From: Eledone cirrhosa
Lineage: Eukaryota
Direction: 5' to 3'
Assembly (NCBI GenBank): GCA_964016885.1
Contig: OZ024743.1
Span: forward strand, 252,836,001-252,900,000
Length of the DNA: 64,000 bases
The notes under the pieces: model-generated
What the model was told of the DNA's origin: nothing
Databases searched by the model: none
What the model saw: the letters and a program-made list of their open reading frames with translations, nothing else
Shown here: piece by piece, positions 23,911 to 36,915 of the stretch
Layout: each line of letters opens with the position of its first letter
Numbering within the stretch: position 1 is the stretch's first letter
Made by a program: the position numbers and the translations under genes

Positions 23911-24599
23911 ATATATTTTTCTATTTTTTCTATGCTAGCATCGGTTAGACGAGTTGTCCTGTTGTGGACAGTGCTAGGTCATGTGACCATGTCTTGCTCA
24001 CACACACACACATATATATATATATATAGTAATAATAATAAATTTGAAGACTAAAATCCAAAGAGCTAATCAGATTAAGGATTACATGATAACATGAAAT
24101 GACCCAATCAAATCAAACCTTATATAATGATTTAAAAATGAACATATCACATCAAACTTCACCTGATAACATTTACAGAAATATGGCTGAGGGGCAAAAT
24201 AACATATTTTTCCATTTTAATTTCATTTTACTCTTTATTACACAAATAACTAGTGATTTAAACCTTCTAATGGAAGACACTAGCTACAATTTTGAAATCC
24301 ATTTGAAAATAATCATGAATTTATAGGGATTTAGTACTATAATTAACTTTTTTTTTTTACACTGTTTTTTGAAACATGACTTAACATAGGTTCTTACATA
24401 AAATTATGATGGAAATTGTAGATAAATATCAACACTTTAACCCTTTCGTTTCCAGTTTTCTAATAAAAGACACTACCTATTATTTTAAAATCATTTTGAA
24501 AATAATCAAGAATTTGGATGGATTTAGTAATGTAACATTTTTAAAGTATCTTGGGGCCATTTTTATCAGTGACGTGAGACAGGAATCTAAAATAAATGC

Positions 24600-25140
24600 A
24601 TGAATTGCTGGAGCTGATGTGGAACTGTGCCAGCTTCAACACTCTGACATCTGTAGAAGGGAGACAGGTATAAAAGCCAATCTTGCTATCTTCAGCCTAC
24701 CCTTACCTATGGTCATGAATGATCATAGGTAATGGTAGGGGGAAAAATATTATTGTGAATACAAGCATCTGAAATGGGGATTCTCTGAAGGGGTTTTTGG
24801 AGTAACATTACTCGATGCATGCATAGCTTAGAGATCTGGGAGTCACTCCTGGTAGAGCTATTACTTCACTTCAAGACACAGCTCCAGTATTATAGAAATA
24901 TGATTAGAATGCCTAAGAAAAGAACTACTCAACAGATTTTATTAACAATGCCAACAATCAGGAAATGAACAAGATGGTTGGCTAGTATTCATAAGCTCTG
25001 TTGGCTTTGCTTGGGGGTAAGCCGGGTATATTTCGAGTGTTTCTTCTGATTAGACCTTGTTGAATGTACATCAGGGGACTCTCTCGCTCTTCCTAGAAGA
25101 AGAAGAAGGAGAAGAAGAAGAAGAAGAAGAAGAAGAGCGA
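24600..25140 (+). mobile_element. Old Rex3/Expander-like RTE 3' end with (GAA)n tail
   Basis: PTLTYGHE, IQASEMGF and IRMPKKRTTQQIL relics. Homologous to 61560-62030. Confidence 0.65.
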
Positions 25141-26040
25141 GATAGAGAAGTGATGGTTCTTACATAAAATTATGGTGGAAAGATTTTAGATGTATGTAAA
25201 CACTTTAAAATATATAGCCTAATATCCTAGGGATAGTTTGGTATTAAAGTCTTAATGACATTTTACCTGTTGAAGTAAGGACAAGCATTGTGTTTCCTGT
25301 GATAGATTTCATATTGGTCATGGGGATTTGTATGAGTCAATGCTTTATAGTCAGATACCTTTCCTTGTGTCAAACATTTTAGTCACCTCTTACAAAATGC
25401 AGGGATACAGTGTATTACACACAGGAACAAGTACTTCAGATTATAGCAGGGAAAAGGGATTGAAAATATTTGTTGTTTTTGTTACTAGTTTTGAGGTTGC
25501 TGTTGCTATTGTTGCTGATGTAAATGAAGTAGAAACATTTAAGATTATTTTTATTTCTAATATGCTTTCTCTGTATGTCCAGTTTAGTATAGGTGTATTG
25601 TATGCCTGCATGATATAAGAGGTAGTTAAAAATGTTGGTGCCAGGAAGGGCATCAGGCTGTAAAATATTACCCCCAAAAGAAACAATGATGAGTATGAAA
25701 GTTATGTATGAATTCCACCCTCCAACACACATAGCACTAACCTCTGTTAACTCTGGCCAGACAATAGGTGACTTGTGTGTGATGGTGAGACAACTTTGCA
25801 ATGCTTGGAAGGTAAGATGTCACCCTGGTGTGCATGGAAGTTGTAGACATGAGACCAGATGAAGTTAATGTGTGTGCAGATCTTGATGGTAGTACCAAAT
25901 ATTTGAAGCAGGGAAAATGGCCTTAAAATACTTGTTGCATTCTTTATATGTATATATATATATATATATAAATATTATAAATATATTAGAATGTGAGGTT
26001 TTTTTTACAAAATGAAAAATAACCGAGGTGTCTTACACAC

Positions 26041-26252
26041 GATGAAATCGAAAATGCAACTGCAGTCTTATTTTTTAAAAATATATATATATTTATTTGG
26101 TTCCTTTACCAGTTTTGCAGAGACAAACCACAGACCCTCCATCTCAACTCTACTTTTGAAAAGAAGAAGAACTGCGAAACCGGTAAAGGAACCAAATAAA
26201 TATATATATATATTTTTTTAAATAAGACTCCAGTTGCATTTTCGATTTCATC
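26041..26252. repeat. Inverted repeat (~80-bp arms, 51-nt spacer); Penelope-like fold-back
   Basis: 26041-26120 pairs with 26172-26252. The right arm contains GCGAAACCGGTAAAGG. Confidence 0.85.
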
Positions 26253-26268
26253 TTTTTTTCTTTATATT

Positions 26269-26315
<47 letters not shown>

Positions 26316-26397
26316 GCAAGCAGGGAAAAGCGGGCGTAAAATAATAATGATGATGAAATGATGATGATATTTATTTATATATCTATCTATCTATCTA

Positions 26398-26435
<38 letters not shown>

Positions 26436-26461
26436 GCAGTGATTTTTGGTTATCGTGTTGA

Positions 26462-26542
26462 GCTCTACTGATGAACGACTCCAACCGTGACTAACCCCAC
26501 TGAAAAGTTTCGTGTAATAGTCTTTTTAAGACTATATAGAGC
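26462..26542 (+). ncRNA. Type I hammerhead motif with one core mutation (GAAA to GTAA)
   Basis: GCTCTA-CTGATGA-ACGA[31 nt]TCGT-GTAA-TAGTCTT[ttt]AAGACTA-TA-TAGAGC. All three stems pair. Confidence 0.7.
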
Positions 26543-26559
26543 ATTTGTAGATTTTTCCA

Positions 26560-26800
26560 AATTGAAGGAAAAGTATTTACTCTTAATTATATTTACTCTT
26601 AATTTTATTCTGAGTTAAGATCCTATTGGTTTTTTCGCTGGATTACACAAAATCTGTGGATAAAATTTCTGTCTTGACTTTTTTTGAATTGGGATTGAAT
26701 TATTTTCCCATATCTTACGTTAAATATTTTCCATCTTGACGTAATAGTCACTTATATGTATGAATTACTGTTGGCTTCTTCCTCACATTAATTTCTCTAT
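26560..26800 (-). mobile_element. Highly decayed Penelope-like GIY-YIG C-terminal relic
   Basis: The minus strand reads IWE..., ILCNPAKK..., resembling the CxLCxxEK..LN tail of PLE endonucleases. Weak match. Confidence 0.35.
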
Positions 26801-26804
26801 TTTC

Positions 26805-26836
<32 letters not shown>

Positions 26837-26840
<4 letters not shown>

Positions 26841-27010
26841 AAGTATGACCCCGACGGCAGAGCTCAAACCGTTTCGACGGTTATTTCAGTCCAGAAATAG
26901 CCGTCGAAACGGCTTGAACTCTGCCATCGGGGTCATACTTTTTCCTATCACCCACTCTCCTACCCTAAGTATTGAGTACTCTGGTGCATTATGGTCCATC
27001 TGGTTCCTTC
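26837..27010. mobile_element. Fold-back repeat (51-bp arms, 6-nt loop) plus shared terminus; family also at 45880-45970 and 58201-58355
   Basis: 26837-26887 pairs with 26894-26944. CCCTAAGTATTGAGTACTCT.GTGC.TTATGGTCCATCTGGTTC is shared by all three loci. Confidence 0.75.
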
Positions 27011-27069
27011 GCTATATATATATATATAAATAAATATATATATATATATATATCAACAACAATATATAT

Positions 27070-27785
27070 CAACAACAACAACATTTTACGTCCGCTTTTC
27101 CCTGCTTGCAAGGGTGGGACGGGAACTGTTTCTGGCTTGATTTCTACAGCTGGATGCTGCCCTTCCTAACACCAACCTCATTTACAGTGAGTGCTCGGTG
27201 CTTTTTTGCCGTGGCACCTCCACGACCACTTTGCAGTGGAATGATATGGACCCCAGTCCTATCATCTCATTTCTACACCTGAGTAAACTGGAACAGTGTG
27301 AAATAAAGTGTCTTGCTCAAGGGAACCACACATCACCCCGTCTGAGAATTGAACTCGCTACCTTTCGATTGCAAGCCCAATGCTCTAACCACTAAGCCAT
27401 GTGCCTCCATGTGTGTGTGTCTGTATATATATATATATATATCATTTCATCATCATTTCATTTTACGTCCGCTTTTTCCCTGCTTGCAAGGGTGGGACGG
27501 GAACTGATTCTGGCTTGATTTCTACAGCTGGATGCCCTTCCTAACACCAACCTCATTTACAGTGAGAGCTGGGTGCTTTTTTTGCCATGGCACCTGCACG
27601 ACCACATTGCAGTGGAATGATATGGACCCCAGTCCCTATCATCTCATTTCTACAGCTAAGTAAACTGGAGCAATCTGAAATAAAGTGTCTTGCTCAAGGA
27701 AACAACACATCACCCGGTCTGAGAATTGAACTCACAACCTTTCGATTGCAAGGCGAATGCTCTAACCACTAAGCCATGTGCCTCC
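27070..27785 (-). mobile_element. Two tandem tRNA-headed SINEs with RTE-derived 3' tail
   Basis: Heads GGAGGCACATGGCTTAGTGG (A box) and GAGTTCAATTC (B box) end at 27408 and 27785. The tail shares GTTGGTGTTAGGAAGGGCATCCAGCTGTAGAAA with the RTE 3' UTR. Confidence 0.85.
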
Positions 27786-27832
<47 letters not shown>

Positions 27833-27869
<37 letters not shown>

Positions 27870-30039
27870 GGTTTAGCGTCCGTGTTCCACGCTTGCATGG
27901 GTTTGGATGGGGGTTTTCCCACTTGAGGCAATAGTGGTTGTCTTGCTCGCATAGGACTGTCTGGCGGGTTTTCTACAGTTGGATGCCCTTCCTAACACCA
28001 ACCACATTTACAGTGTGGTACTGGGAGGTTTTTACTGTGTTGCCTACACGGCCACATTACAGCATGGACTGTCTGGCGGGTTTTCTACAGCTGGATGCCC
28101 TTCCTAACACCAATCACATTTACAGTGTGGGGCTGGGAGGTTTTTACCGTGTTGCCTACACGGCCACATTTACAGCGTGGACTGTGTGTTTTTTGTTGTG
28201 ACACCTACACGATCTCATTTGTTTCGGCCTGGATGTTGTGGGACCAACATAACTTTACATTGAAAGGGGCGGTGTGGATGGGGTGGAGGTGGTGGGACGG
28301 GGGTGTGTTTTGATAGAGATGCCTACTGACTGTAGTAGGTTTTTACTTTGTATTTAGGTAAGGCGGGTCTTCTCTATTACTGAGTACCGCCAAAGGTCTC
28401 GGTCCAGTGACATTGTCTTGGAGAGGTGTAAGAGTGTGAGGTCAGAATTTATCATGTCGCCCCAGGTTTTTCTGGGTCTGCCTACTCCGTGGCTACCGTC
28501 TATCTTTATTGCCCTGCATTTGTTATACAGCTGTCGTCTTACATGCGCATCACGTGACCGTACCAACGTAGCCTTCTCTCGAGTAAACAACATCTGATCC
28601 CTCTTATTTCTAATTTTTTCTTAGTTCGTTTATGCTTAGCCGTTCACGTATATTACTATTGCACATCCAGCGGAGCATGCAAGCTTCGTTCCTCTCTAGT
28701 CTGCGTATATCCTCTGCACACAATACCCAGGTCTCACTGCCATGCAGCATTGCTGTTCGTATGCAGGCATCGTATAACCTGCCTTTCATTTTTAGGGAGA
28801 ACCCTCTAGCGGCTAATAGTGGTATAAGCTCTCTGAACTTTTTCCATCCAGTTCTGACTCTAGCTACCGTACTTTCAGAGCACCCTCCCCCACTGCTGAT
28901 TTTGTCACCCAGGTAACGGAAGCTGTCCACTAATTCTATAGAACCCTCTGAGCAATTGAAAGAGCTAGTATTTAGTGGGCACTTGCTGCTACTTATTGCA
29001 CCAGAGCACTGGCCACATGTAAAATCTATGTTCTTAGTTAGCTTACCTGTGATCCCACTACATCTTTTATGCACCCATACTTTGCATTGGGGACATAAAA
29101 TGGAGTTTCTACCTACGCCTTTCCTACACACTGAGCATGGCCATTTCCCGGAAAGGACCGCCGCCTTATTTTCTTTCCTACAAATTAGAACTTTAGTCTT
29201 AGCCAGGTTAATTTTAAGGCCTTTTGATTCTAGACCGTGCTTCCATGTTTGGAATTTCTTCTCTAGTTCGGTCATTGATTCAGCTATGAGCGTTAGATCA
29301 TCTGTGTATAGGAGTTCCCATGGGCAGCCGGTCTTGAACTCCTCTGTTATAGCCTGAAGGGCAATAATAAATAGTAGGGGGCTAAGAACAGAGCCCTGAT
29401 GGACACCAACTTTTACGCTAAACTCTTCACTATATTCGTTGTTAATTCTAACCTTACTGACTGTTTCTTTATACATGGCTTGTATAGCTCTCACAAGCCA
29501 TTCGTCAACACCTAGTTTTCTAAGAGCCCACCAGATAATGGAACGGGGGACTCTGTCGAAGGCTTTCTCCAAGTCGACAAAAGCTAAGTATAGGGGTTTA
29601 CTTTTAGCTAGGTACTTCTCCTGTAGTTGTCGTACATTGAAAAGAGCATCTGTGGTACTTTTGCTTGACACAAACCCGAACTGCATTTCATCAAGATCAA
29701 TTCTCTCTCTGATTAGTTGCGCTATTACTTTTTCCGTGACCTTCATGACCTGGTCAATTAATTTAATGCCTCTATAGTTACTCCTATCTAGGGCATCTCC
29801 TTTTCCCTTATAGCAGTTAACGATGATGCTGCTATGCCAGTCCTTCAGAACAACCCCATTCTGTATGACTTGGTTAACTATCCGGGTGACCATGGCGTGT
29901 CCCACCGAACCAGATGCCTTCAGCATCTCAGCAACTATTTCCGAAGGCCCAGCCGCCTTACCCGTCTTCATATCTTTGATTGCCTTACTTATTGTGCTAC
30001 CCTCGACTAACACTGCTGGTCCCTCTATTGGGTCAATGT

Positions 30040-30042
<3 letters not shown>
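27833..30042 (-). mobile_element. Young 5'-truncated RTE copy (RT-PHD; YADD mutated to YTDD; frameshift near 28610)
   Basis: ORF 28610-30013 is nearly identical to 16670-18060. It has a (GAT)n tail and two 112-bp 3' units. Confidence 0.95.
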
Positions 30043-30082
<40 letters not shown>

Positions 30083-30099
30083 TTATATATATATATATA

Positions 30100-31821
30100 G
30101 AGAGACGAAATGCAGTTCGGGTTTGTGTCATGTAAAAGTACAACAGACGCTCTTTTCATTGTATGACAACTACAGGAGAAGTACCTAGCTAAAAGTAAAC
30201 CCCTATACTTAGCTTTTGTTGACTTGGAGAAAGCCTTTGACAGATTATCTGGTGGGCCCTTAGAAAATTAGGTGTTGATGAATGGCTTGTGAGAGCTATA
30301 CAAGCCATGTATAAAGAAACAGTCAGCAAGGTTAGAATTAACAACGAATATAGTGAAGAGTTTAGCGTAAAAGTTGGTGTTCATCAGGGCTCCGTCCTTA
30401 GCCCCCTACTATTTATTATTGCCCTTCAGGCTATAACAGAGGAGTTCAAGAGCGGCTGCCCATGGGAACTCCTATATGCAGATGATCTAACGCTCATAGC
30501 TGAATCAATGGCTGAACTAGAGAAGAAATTCCAAACATGGAAGCATGGCCTAGAATCAAAAGGCCTTAAAGTTAACTTGTCTAAGACTAAATTTCTAGTT
30601 TATAGGAAGGAAAATAGGGCACCGGTCCCATCTGCGAAATGGCCATGCTCAGTGTGTAGGAAAGGAGTAGGTAGAACCTCCATTTTATGTCCCAAATGCA
30701 AAGTATGGGTACATTAAAGATGTAGTGGGATCACAGGTAAGCTAACTAAGAATATAGATTTTATAAGTGGCGGGTGCTCTGGTGCAATAAGTAGCAGCAA
30801 GTGCCCACAGAATACTATCTCATTCCATTGCACAGATGGTTCTATAGAAATAGTGAACAGCTTCCGTTACCTGGGTGATAAAATCAGCAGTGGGGTGGGT
30901 GCTCTGAAAGTACAGTAGCTAGAGTCAGAATGGGATGGAGAAAGTTCAGAGAGCTTATACCAATATTGGCCGCTAAAGGGTTCTCTCTAAAAATGAAAGG
31001 CAGGCTGTATGATGCCTGCATACGAACAGCAATGTTACATAGCAGTGAGACCTGGGCATTGTGTGCAGAGGATATACGCAGACTGGAGAGAAACGAAGCT
31101 TGCATGCTCCGCTGGATGTGTAATAGTAATATACGTGAACGGCAAAGCATAAACGAACTAAGGGAGAAATTAGGAATAAGAGGGATCAGATGTTGTTTAC
31201 TCGAGAGAAGACTACGTTGGTATGGTCACGTGATGAGCATGAAAGACGACAGCAGTATAAAAAAGTGCAGGGCAATAAAAATAGACGGTAGCCATGGAGT
31301 AGGCAGACCCAGAAAAACCTGGGACGACTTGATAAATTCCGACCTCACACACTTACACCTCTCCAAGACAATATCACTAGACCGAGATCTTTGGCGCTAC
31401 ACAGTAATAGAGAAGACCCACCTTACCTAAGTGCAAAGTGAAACCTACTACAGTCAGTAGGCACCTCTAACAAAATACACCCCGTCCCACTACCCCCACC
31501 CCATCCACACCACCCCTTTCAATGTAAAGTTATGTTGGTACCACAACATCCAGCCCGAAACAAACGAGGTCGTGTAGGTGTCACGACAAAAAAACACACA
31601 GTCCACGCTGTCATGTGGCCGTGTAGGCAACACGGTAAAAACCTCCCAGTTCCATACTGTAAACGTGGTTGGTGTTAGGAAGGGCATCCAGCCGTAGAAA
31701 ACCCGCCAGACAGTCCTATGCGAGCAGGACAACAAATCTTGCCTCAAGTGGGAAAACTCCCGTCCAAACCCATGTGAGCATGGAACATGGACGTTAAACG
31801 ATGATGATGATGATGATGATG

Positions 31822-31823
<2 letters not shown>
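30100..31823 (+). mobile_element. 5'-truncated RTE copy with frameshifts
   Basis: ORFs 30289-30717 and 30930-31430 match the RTE C-terminal half. It has one 112-bp 3' unit and a (GAT)n tail followed by (TA)n. Confidence 0.95.
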
Positions 31824-31852
<29 letters not shown>

Positions 31853-32059
31853 GAGAGAGAGAGTGAGAGAAAGAAAGAGTGTCAGTGAATTCCTTTCTGC
31901 TCATCAGCACATCTTCGCAATTTCATTTTTTTATTTTAGTAGTAAAACAACTAAAATTGAAGCCTAGAATCACCCCCCCCCCCCCCACCCCACCTTGAAA
32001 CTGACTCCCTCTCTCTCGCATCTCTCAGTATTATAGGCAAATGAGGGCCCATGCACTGA

Positions 32060-32305
32060 CTCTGCCATAGCCATGGCGGATAGAACAGAGAAGGCATTTC
32101 CCATGAGGATGGTGAGGGAAAGACATTGGAAGAGCCATTCCAGCTTGCAAGGCTCACACCTGCAGGTAGCCAACTCTGTGCCATTGGTGGTTTGAAGGAA
32201 GGTTTTTCTAGGGCCCAAGTACCACAGAAGTCTCCACAGCTATGGGATCAACCACAAACCTGTCGGAGAGTGACCGATATTTGGAGAATTTAACCTCCTC
32301 AGCTC
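32060..32305 (-). mobile_element. CRE-clade non-LTR retrotransposon relic (RLE C-terminus)
   Basis: The minus strand reads AEEVKFSKYRSLSDRFVVDPIAVETSVVLGP ... EPCKLEWLFQCLSLTILMGNAFSVL, matching the CRE pattern K..KY..PIAVETSG..G..QRLS.AI.RGNA.SV. Confidence 0.75.
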
Positions 32306-33350
32306 AAAGTAAAATATGTTTACTTGGAAACATTGCCAGTTGTAATGAAAACCATCTTTAGTTGGATTTTTTCATTTCATTAGGTTAGAAGATAAAAACA
32401 AATATATAGAGTTAAATATTGCAGTGTAAACTGATATATGATTGACATTACTGATAATGATGTTGATGATGATTATAATGATGATAATGGTGGTGGTGGT
32501 GGTGGTGGTAGATGTGGTGATGGATGGGGTGATGCAATGGTGGTGGTGGCAATCATGATAGATGTGGTGATGGTGGTGGTTGTTGAAATGATGATGATGG
32601 TAATGGATATGACAAATGTGGTGATTATAATGATGGAGGTGTGGATGGATGGATGTAGCATTTGAGGTGGTGATGGTTTATATGATGATGATAGTGATGG
32701 TGGTGGATGTGGTGGTGATGGGCTTCTACACAGTTTCCATCAACCAGATTTCCTCTGCAAACAATAATTAACCCAACACTATAGTAACAACCCACACTTG
32801 CCCAATGTGCCACTCTGGAGTAGGACCAAGCCCAAAACCACATGTTTGTGAAACACATTTCTTATCAGACAGCTATATTTTTTTCCACTTAAAAAAAAAA
32901 TATGTACCTAATCTTTCTATAATGTCCATTGATAATAATATCATCTGATATAATCTAATACCAGTTGATATGAGATATCATATGACACAGATCAAAAGTC
33001 TAATTAGTATTCTAGAAGCAATTGTGTAATTTAAAACCATATATAGAATTTCAGAATTCCCTTGGTGGCAATTTCTGCAGGAAGTCAAACCAGTTAAGTT
33101 AATCATTGCTATGAAACACAATAGGAAAGATGACAGTCAGAGGATATGAATTAATAAAAGGAAAATACAATTTTAAGCCATATTATAATATATGGAGGGT
33201 ATGGCTGTGTGGTTAAGAAGTTTGTTTATCAACTGTATGGTCATGAGTTCATTCCCATTGCAAGGTGGCGATCACAGCACTGGGTTGACTCATACTTTAT
33301 GAGTAAAATTTATTAGACTGAAATTGTGTGGAAGCCTATTATATATATAC

Positions 33351-33390
<40 letters not shown>

Positions 33391-33795
33391 TTTTACTTGA
33401 GAATCCATCATTAATTTTACACACACAGACACATACACTCATATATATTTGTTTCGTGTTATGTATTTCCATAGAAAAGATAAAGGAACGAAGAATGCTC
33501 TATGAATAGTACAGAGCTATTTTATTATATAATAAACAACACAATATAATTATTCCATTAATCCATGCATGTATGTATATCTAATTCTGTATTTTTTTCG
33601 TTATTTTAATTCAGCCTCACTTTCATTTTTAATAGATTTTAATTTCAAATGTTATATCCATAACATAAATATTTCATCTGATGAGGGAACTGAAAGTTTC
33701 TGTTAGAATCATCTAATTTTGTGAAACTTTGAGTAATGGAATATTTATATTGTGTGTGTTTATTATATATAAAATATATATATATATATATATAA

Positions 33796-33937
33796 TATGG
33801 AAAAGGTAGAATCAGTGATGCATCAGAAAACAATTTATTACATATTACAATTGTTTCTCCGGTGAACAGCTCGAGGTGTGATCTGTTTGTGGATTGAACC
33901 TGACTCTGGATGCATCACTGATTCTTCGTTTTCCATA
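33796..33937. repeat. Inverted repeat (~29-bp arms) enclosing TTTATT..ACAATTGTTTC; Penelope-like end
   Basis: 33796-33824 pairs with 33909-33937. Confidence 0.65.
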
Positions 33938-34079
33938 ATATTATTATACTCTGCTCCGAAAGAGCATAGAGTGCTCACCCGGCATACCGCCTATGGACGC
34001 ATCCAAGCAACCTTACTACAAATATATATCTATATACATGTGGACATGGAAATACTCAGTTTGGTACACGAGCACATGG

Positions 34080-34295
34080 TTAGCCCACCAGGAATGATGG
34101 ACCCCTACTTCTTGTTAGGAAATCATTCTAGGAGAAGGAAAACTCTGATGTAAAGCCTGCGGCTCGATGGCAGCCAATGATGTTGACCTGTTCTTCTCTT
34201 TTGATAACTGTCACTGTTGTTCAGAGACTGAAGTTAGGCCAGGGCAAGGCCTTTCTTCACTTAAAATAACTTTAAGCATATGCATTACTTGATCT
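34080..34295 (+). mobile_element. RTE-type 5'-UTR relic
   Basis: Contains the CTAGGAGAAGGAAAACTCTGA motif typical of RTE leaders. Homologous to 63070-63240. Confidence 0.55.
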
Positions 34296-36915
34296 AAATG
34301 ACTTTCACATTCGTTTTGTAAGCATAGCCTTTAGTTTTTTCTTTCACTGTAGTATATGCATAAAGGAATCTAAGTATTTGGCAGGGCTAGATATCATGTT
34401 CATGCCACTCATATGTGAGAAAATTGTCAAGGGATGAGAATTCTCGAAACTGAGATGCATCTATTATATATATATATATATATTATATATATATATATAA
34501 TCTATTATTTATAGCAATCGACCATCAATACCTCTTTTGTTCAGATGCTTTAGTACACTCTTCTGAAAATGAGTACCAATAGCAGTAGCTGGGAGGGAGC
34601 TAACCCAGTAATGGACTATGTTCCTGACAAAGGGAAAGTTTTTACTCTCAGTTGCTTATGAAACCAAAAGTTCCTGGATAAAAAATCTCTAGACATGGGA
34701 GAGAAGCTTCCATTTTTTACACTAAATATTAGACCACCAGAATATAACTATTAGACAGATATAATACAAGATTGTTATTGATTAAGTTAAAATAAATATC
34801 CACCTTTAACCTAAACAATATTTTCCTTCTTAACCTGGGAAATATTCTAACAATAAAACGTTATTTATCATTCAATGTCTTTTATTGTTATATTTGATTC
34901 AGTTGCCCTTATTTCAAATGACTGTGGTCATATCTGCAATGTCTAGGTTATAACATTTTATTACTTGTATATCTGTTATATTATATCCCTCATGTGATAA
35001 GCCAATGTTATATCTTTTATGTTACATTTATTATATTAACAATTTTTTTTTATTGATCTCAAAACTCTAGCTATCTGAGAATTTGCTGTTCTTGTTAAAA
35101 ATAGTGTTCAACAACAAAACACTTATATATCAAATATCAGGGTATCCCCGTTAAACCTATGTAGGTACAAGATACAGGTGATAAACATGGAGTAGCAGAG
35201 AAGGCTGGAAAAAATGGAAATGAGAATGATTCAATAGATGAACAGAGTATCAGTGAGAGAGAGGGCGAGAGAGAGGGCGAGAGAGATGGCGAGAGAGAGA
35301 GAGAGAGAAAGAGGAGGGATTGCAGAGATCGATGAATATTGTGAAGAGAAATTAAATGGGATAGCTGGGCCATGTATTGAGGAAGAATGAATGAAATGAA
35401 TGAGAGGAATACAGCCACCAATGAATGTTGTGACTCATCTTATGATATACCCAGCCTAACTACATTTCAATTATGTTATAAATATCAGGGTCTCCCCTGA
35501 TAATATATTTTAAATCAGGGGTGAGTCTAGCTGATTCCATCACACCAATTCACATAAAACCATTTATGTTTCTATGAAACAAAATCAGCCTTTTTAAAGA
35601 GATCCTATTTTAATTAAAAGCATCCAGCATAATTTATATGAGAAAATTTTGTTATGTTACAAATACCAACTTAATGAAATTATATTTTTGGTAAATCTTT
35701 ACCCTATTCTTAATTAATTAATTAAAATACAAATATTACATTAGAAATATAGTAATGAAAAAATGAATTGTCAGGTCGTTTTGAATCAATGTTTTATGGC
35801 TGGATACCCTTCCTAGTGCTAATCCTTTTAGTTGTCTCTTATGACATACATGGATACAGTTCACTTGTTGTTGGACCTTCATTGCTTCCTATACCAAGTG
35901 TTCCAATTGATCGAACAATGGAACAGTCGGCTCGTGAAATTAATATAGAAGTTGTTGAGCATTCCACAGTGCATTCCACCTTTATTCTTAGTTCTCAAGG
36001 AGATTCAGTTTTGAGACAAGGTGTGACAAGGCTGGCTTTTTGAATTACAAATACAACTCATTTTTGCCAGCTGAGTGAACGGGAGCAACACGAAATAAAG
36101 TGTCTCAAGGACGCAAAGTGTCACCAGAAATCAAACTGACAACTTTAGGATCATAAGCCAAACACTCTAACTAATAAACCACATTCCTTCTCACTGTGTA
36201 TTTTATTCTATACCAGGTACACACTGTGATATAGGAATTAATATAGTATATTATTCTATCTTTGCTAAGGTTGTCAATTTGGCAGAGTCATTAGAGCATC
36301 GGATATTTGTTCCGGGTCTCCGCTTTCTGGGTTCAAAACCTGCCAAAATTCACTTGCAGGGTCAATAAATAAAGTACAAGCCAAGTGCTGGTGCAGTTTT
36401 CTCTGCTTCCAGGTGTCACATCTTAGATGCTCCACTGGATTAAAAGAGGGAGGGTTGAGAGGTTGTTTGTGTCTGCTTGTGATTGCATGGGCATCTAAAT
36501 CCCATTGTGAAAGCATGCAACACACTACCAAGTCATATTGAATTGTGAATGACAATTGTAGTTTTCTCTCTCTTTGCAATATTTGCTGAGTAATAACTAC
36601 TATGTTAAAGTGTTCAAACGAAATATCTTTATACAATATCTGATATTTTAGATCAAACTTTCAAAGTGAAATCAAAAATAATAATGCAATATTCGATTGT
36701 ATAGTTCTGGATACACTATGTGCAAAAAGAATACAGGGTTGTCATAGATGGAACTCCATTGATCATATGTATGCTCAATAATGGCTGACTGGGGGGGGGG
36801 GGATTAGAAACAACAATAGCTTCAATTGTAAGAGAAAATGAGAGGATGTGTACCTCTCCACTTAATATGCTAGAAATAACTGTAAGATATTCTCTCCAAC
36901 ACATCCTATCTTTTG

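Noticed and set aside
27833-31823. Twin-priming 5' inversion of one RTE insertion
   Set aside because: Both halves overlap in sequence, carry their own 3' tails and differ in 3' repeat number, so they are two insertions.
35140-35262. Possible host exon (VQDTGDKHGVAEKAGKNGNENDSIDEQSI), and similar candidates at 19.0-20.9 kb
   Set aside because: Splice-like signals exist on both strands, but there is no recognisable homology or consistent exon chain. It cannot be supported without RNA data.
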